Shown here: piece after piece, positions 23,581-24,000 of the stretch
How the letters are laid out: every line of letters begins with the position of its first letter
Position numbering within the stretch: the first letter of the stretch is position 1
Assembly (NCBI RefSeq): GCF_024808875.1
Contig: NZ_JANUCT010000025.1
Location: 1-24,000, forward strand
Direction: 5' to 3'
DNA from: Methylohalomonas lacus
GTDB taxonomy: Bacteria > Pseudomonadota > Gammaproteobacteria > Methylohalomonadales > Methylohalomonadaceae
DNA: 24,000 nt
Notes under the pieces: model-generated
The model's database searches: none
What the model saw: only the letters and a program-made list of their open reading frames with translations
What the model was told of the DNA's origin: nothing
Made by a program: the position numbers and the translations under genes

Positions 23581-24000
23581 ATGAGCCAAACCAACAACGA
23601 CAATACCAGAGCCTTTCTCCGTAACCTGATCCAGTCGCTATACAGGCTCGCCGAGCAGCCGCAGAGCCATGATAAACCGGGCTCAATTCGACTCAAGCTT
23701 GCCGGTGGCGTCAGCGAACTGCCGGTAATAGGCCATCCCGAGCCTATTGCCCAAATCGCCCGACAGCCGGAAATTTTCATAAAAAACTACAATAATATCA
23801 ATATGTTGGGAATAAGCCGTTTCAATGCCAACGGCGAGCAGTGGCGGCTGCGAAGCGCCCTGACCCAGAAGCAGTATATGGATGCCGGTCGCTCCGATCG
23901 CTTGCAGCACATACGCCAGCAATACGAAGCAGCGCTTGGAAGCTGCGCCAATGCAGCATCCGGCAGGCTGCCCTATCTGTTTCTGAATGCCTCGATCGGC
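23581..24000 (+). CDS. Partial ORF running off the window, cytochrome P450-like N-terminus (tentative)
   Basis: ATG 23581 lies 3 nt after the methyltransferase stop, and 140 codons are open to the window end by my own translation. This ORF is not in the ORF track. ...VIGHPEPIAQIARQPEIFIKNYNNINMLGISRFNANGEQWRLRSALTQKQY resembles the P450 N-terminal pattern v..Pe.i..il.....F.K......lG.gl....Ge.Wr..R. The heme-binding Cys motif would lie outside the window. Confidence 0.4.
   Translation, partial: MSQTNNDNTRAFLRNLIQSLYRLAEQPQSHDKPGSIRLKLAGGVSELPVIGHPEPIAQIARQPEIFIKNYNNINMLGISRFNANGEQWRLRSALTQKQYMDAGRSDRLQHIRQQYEAALGSCANAASGRLPYLFLNASIG

Overview
GC-rich bacterial (proteobacterial-looking) chromosomal segment, read by eye with no database or HMM searches. 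It is a mosaic. Envelope polysaccharide genes are present: a Wzx-like flippase, UDP-glucose 6-dehydrogenase and a UDP-glucuronate 4-epimerase-like SDR. There is also a sulfation theme: the APS kinase CysC and a SEC-C-motif/TPR/sulfotransferase fusion. These are interrupted by three canonical type II toxin-antitoxin cassettes (Phd-type antitoxin + VapC, HipB-HipA, YefM-YoeB), an orphan nucleotidyltransferase-fold protein, and a decayed IS110-family transposase. A lower-GC islet carries a tyrosine recombinase preceded by about 0.9 kb of ORF-poor, palindrome-rich DNA. A family of GC-rich REP/MITE-like intergenic repeats sits at nearly every cassette junction. The right half encodes a membrane protein plus a small unknown protein, and a 917-aa inverse autotransporter whose passenger looks like a parallel beta-helix rather than Ig repeats. 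It ends with a possible tailoring cluster: sulfotransferase fusion, PaaK/CapK-like adenylating enzyme, SAM methyltransferase and a partial P450-like ORF. The most promising candidates for something undescribed are (i) the twice-occurring SEC-C + helical-repeat architecture linked to PAPS supply and sulfotransfer, (ii) the orphan NTase-fold gene with its own palindromic operator among TA cassettes, (iii) the ORF-poor structured stretch upstream of the recombinase, and (iv) the beta-helix inverse autotransporter. No rRNA, tRNA or bona fide CRISPR array was recognised.
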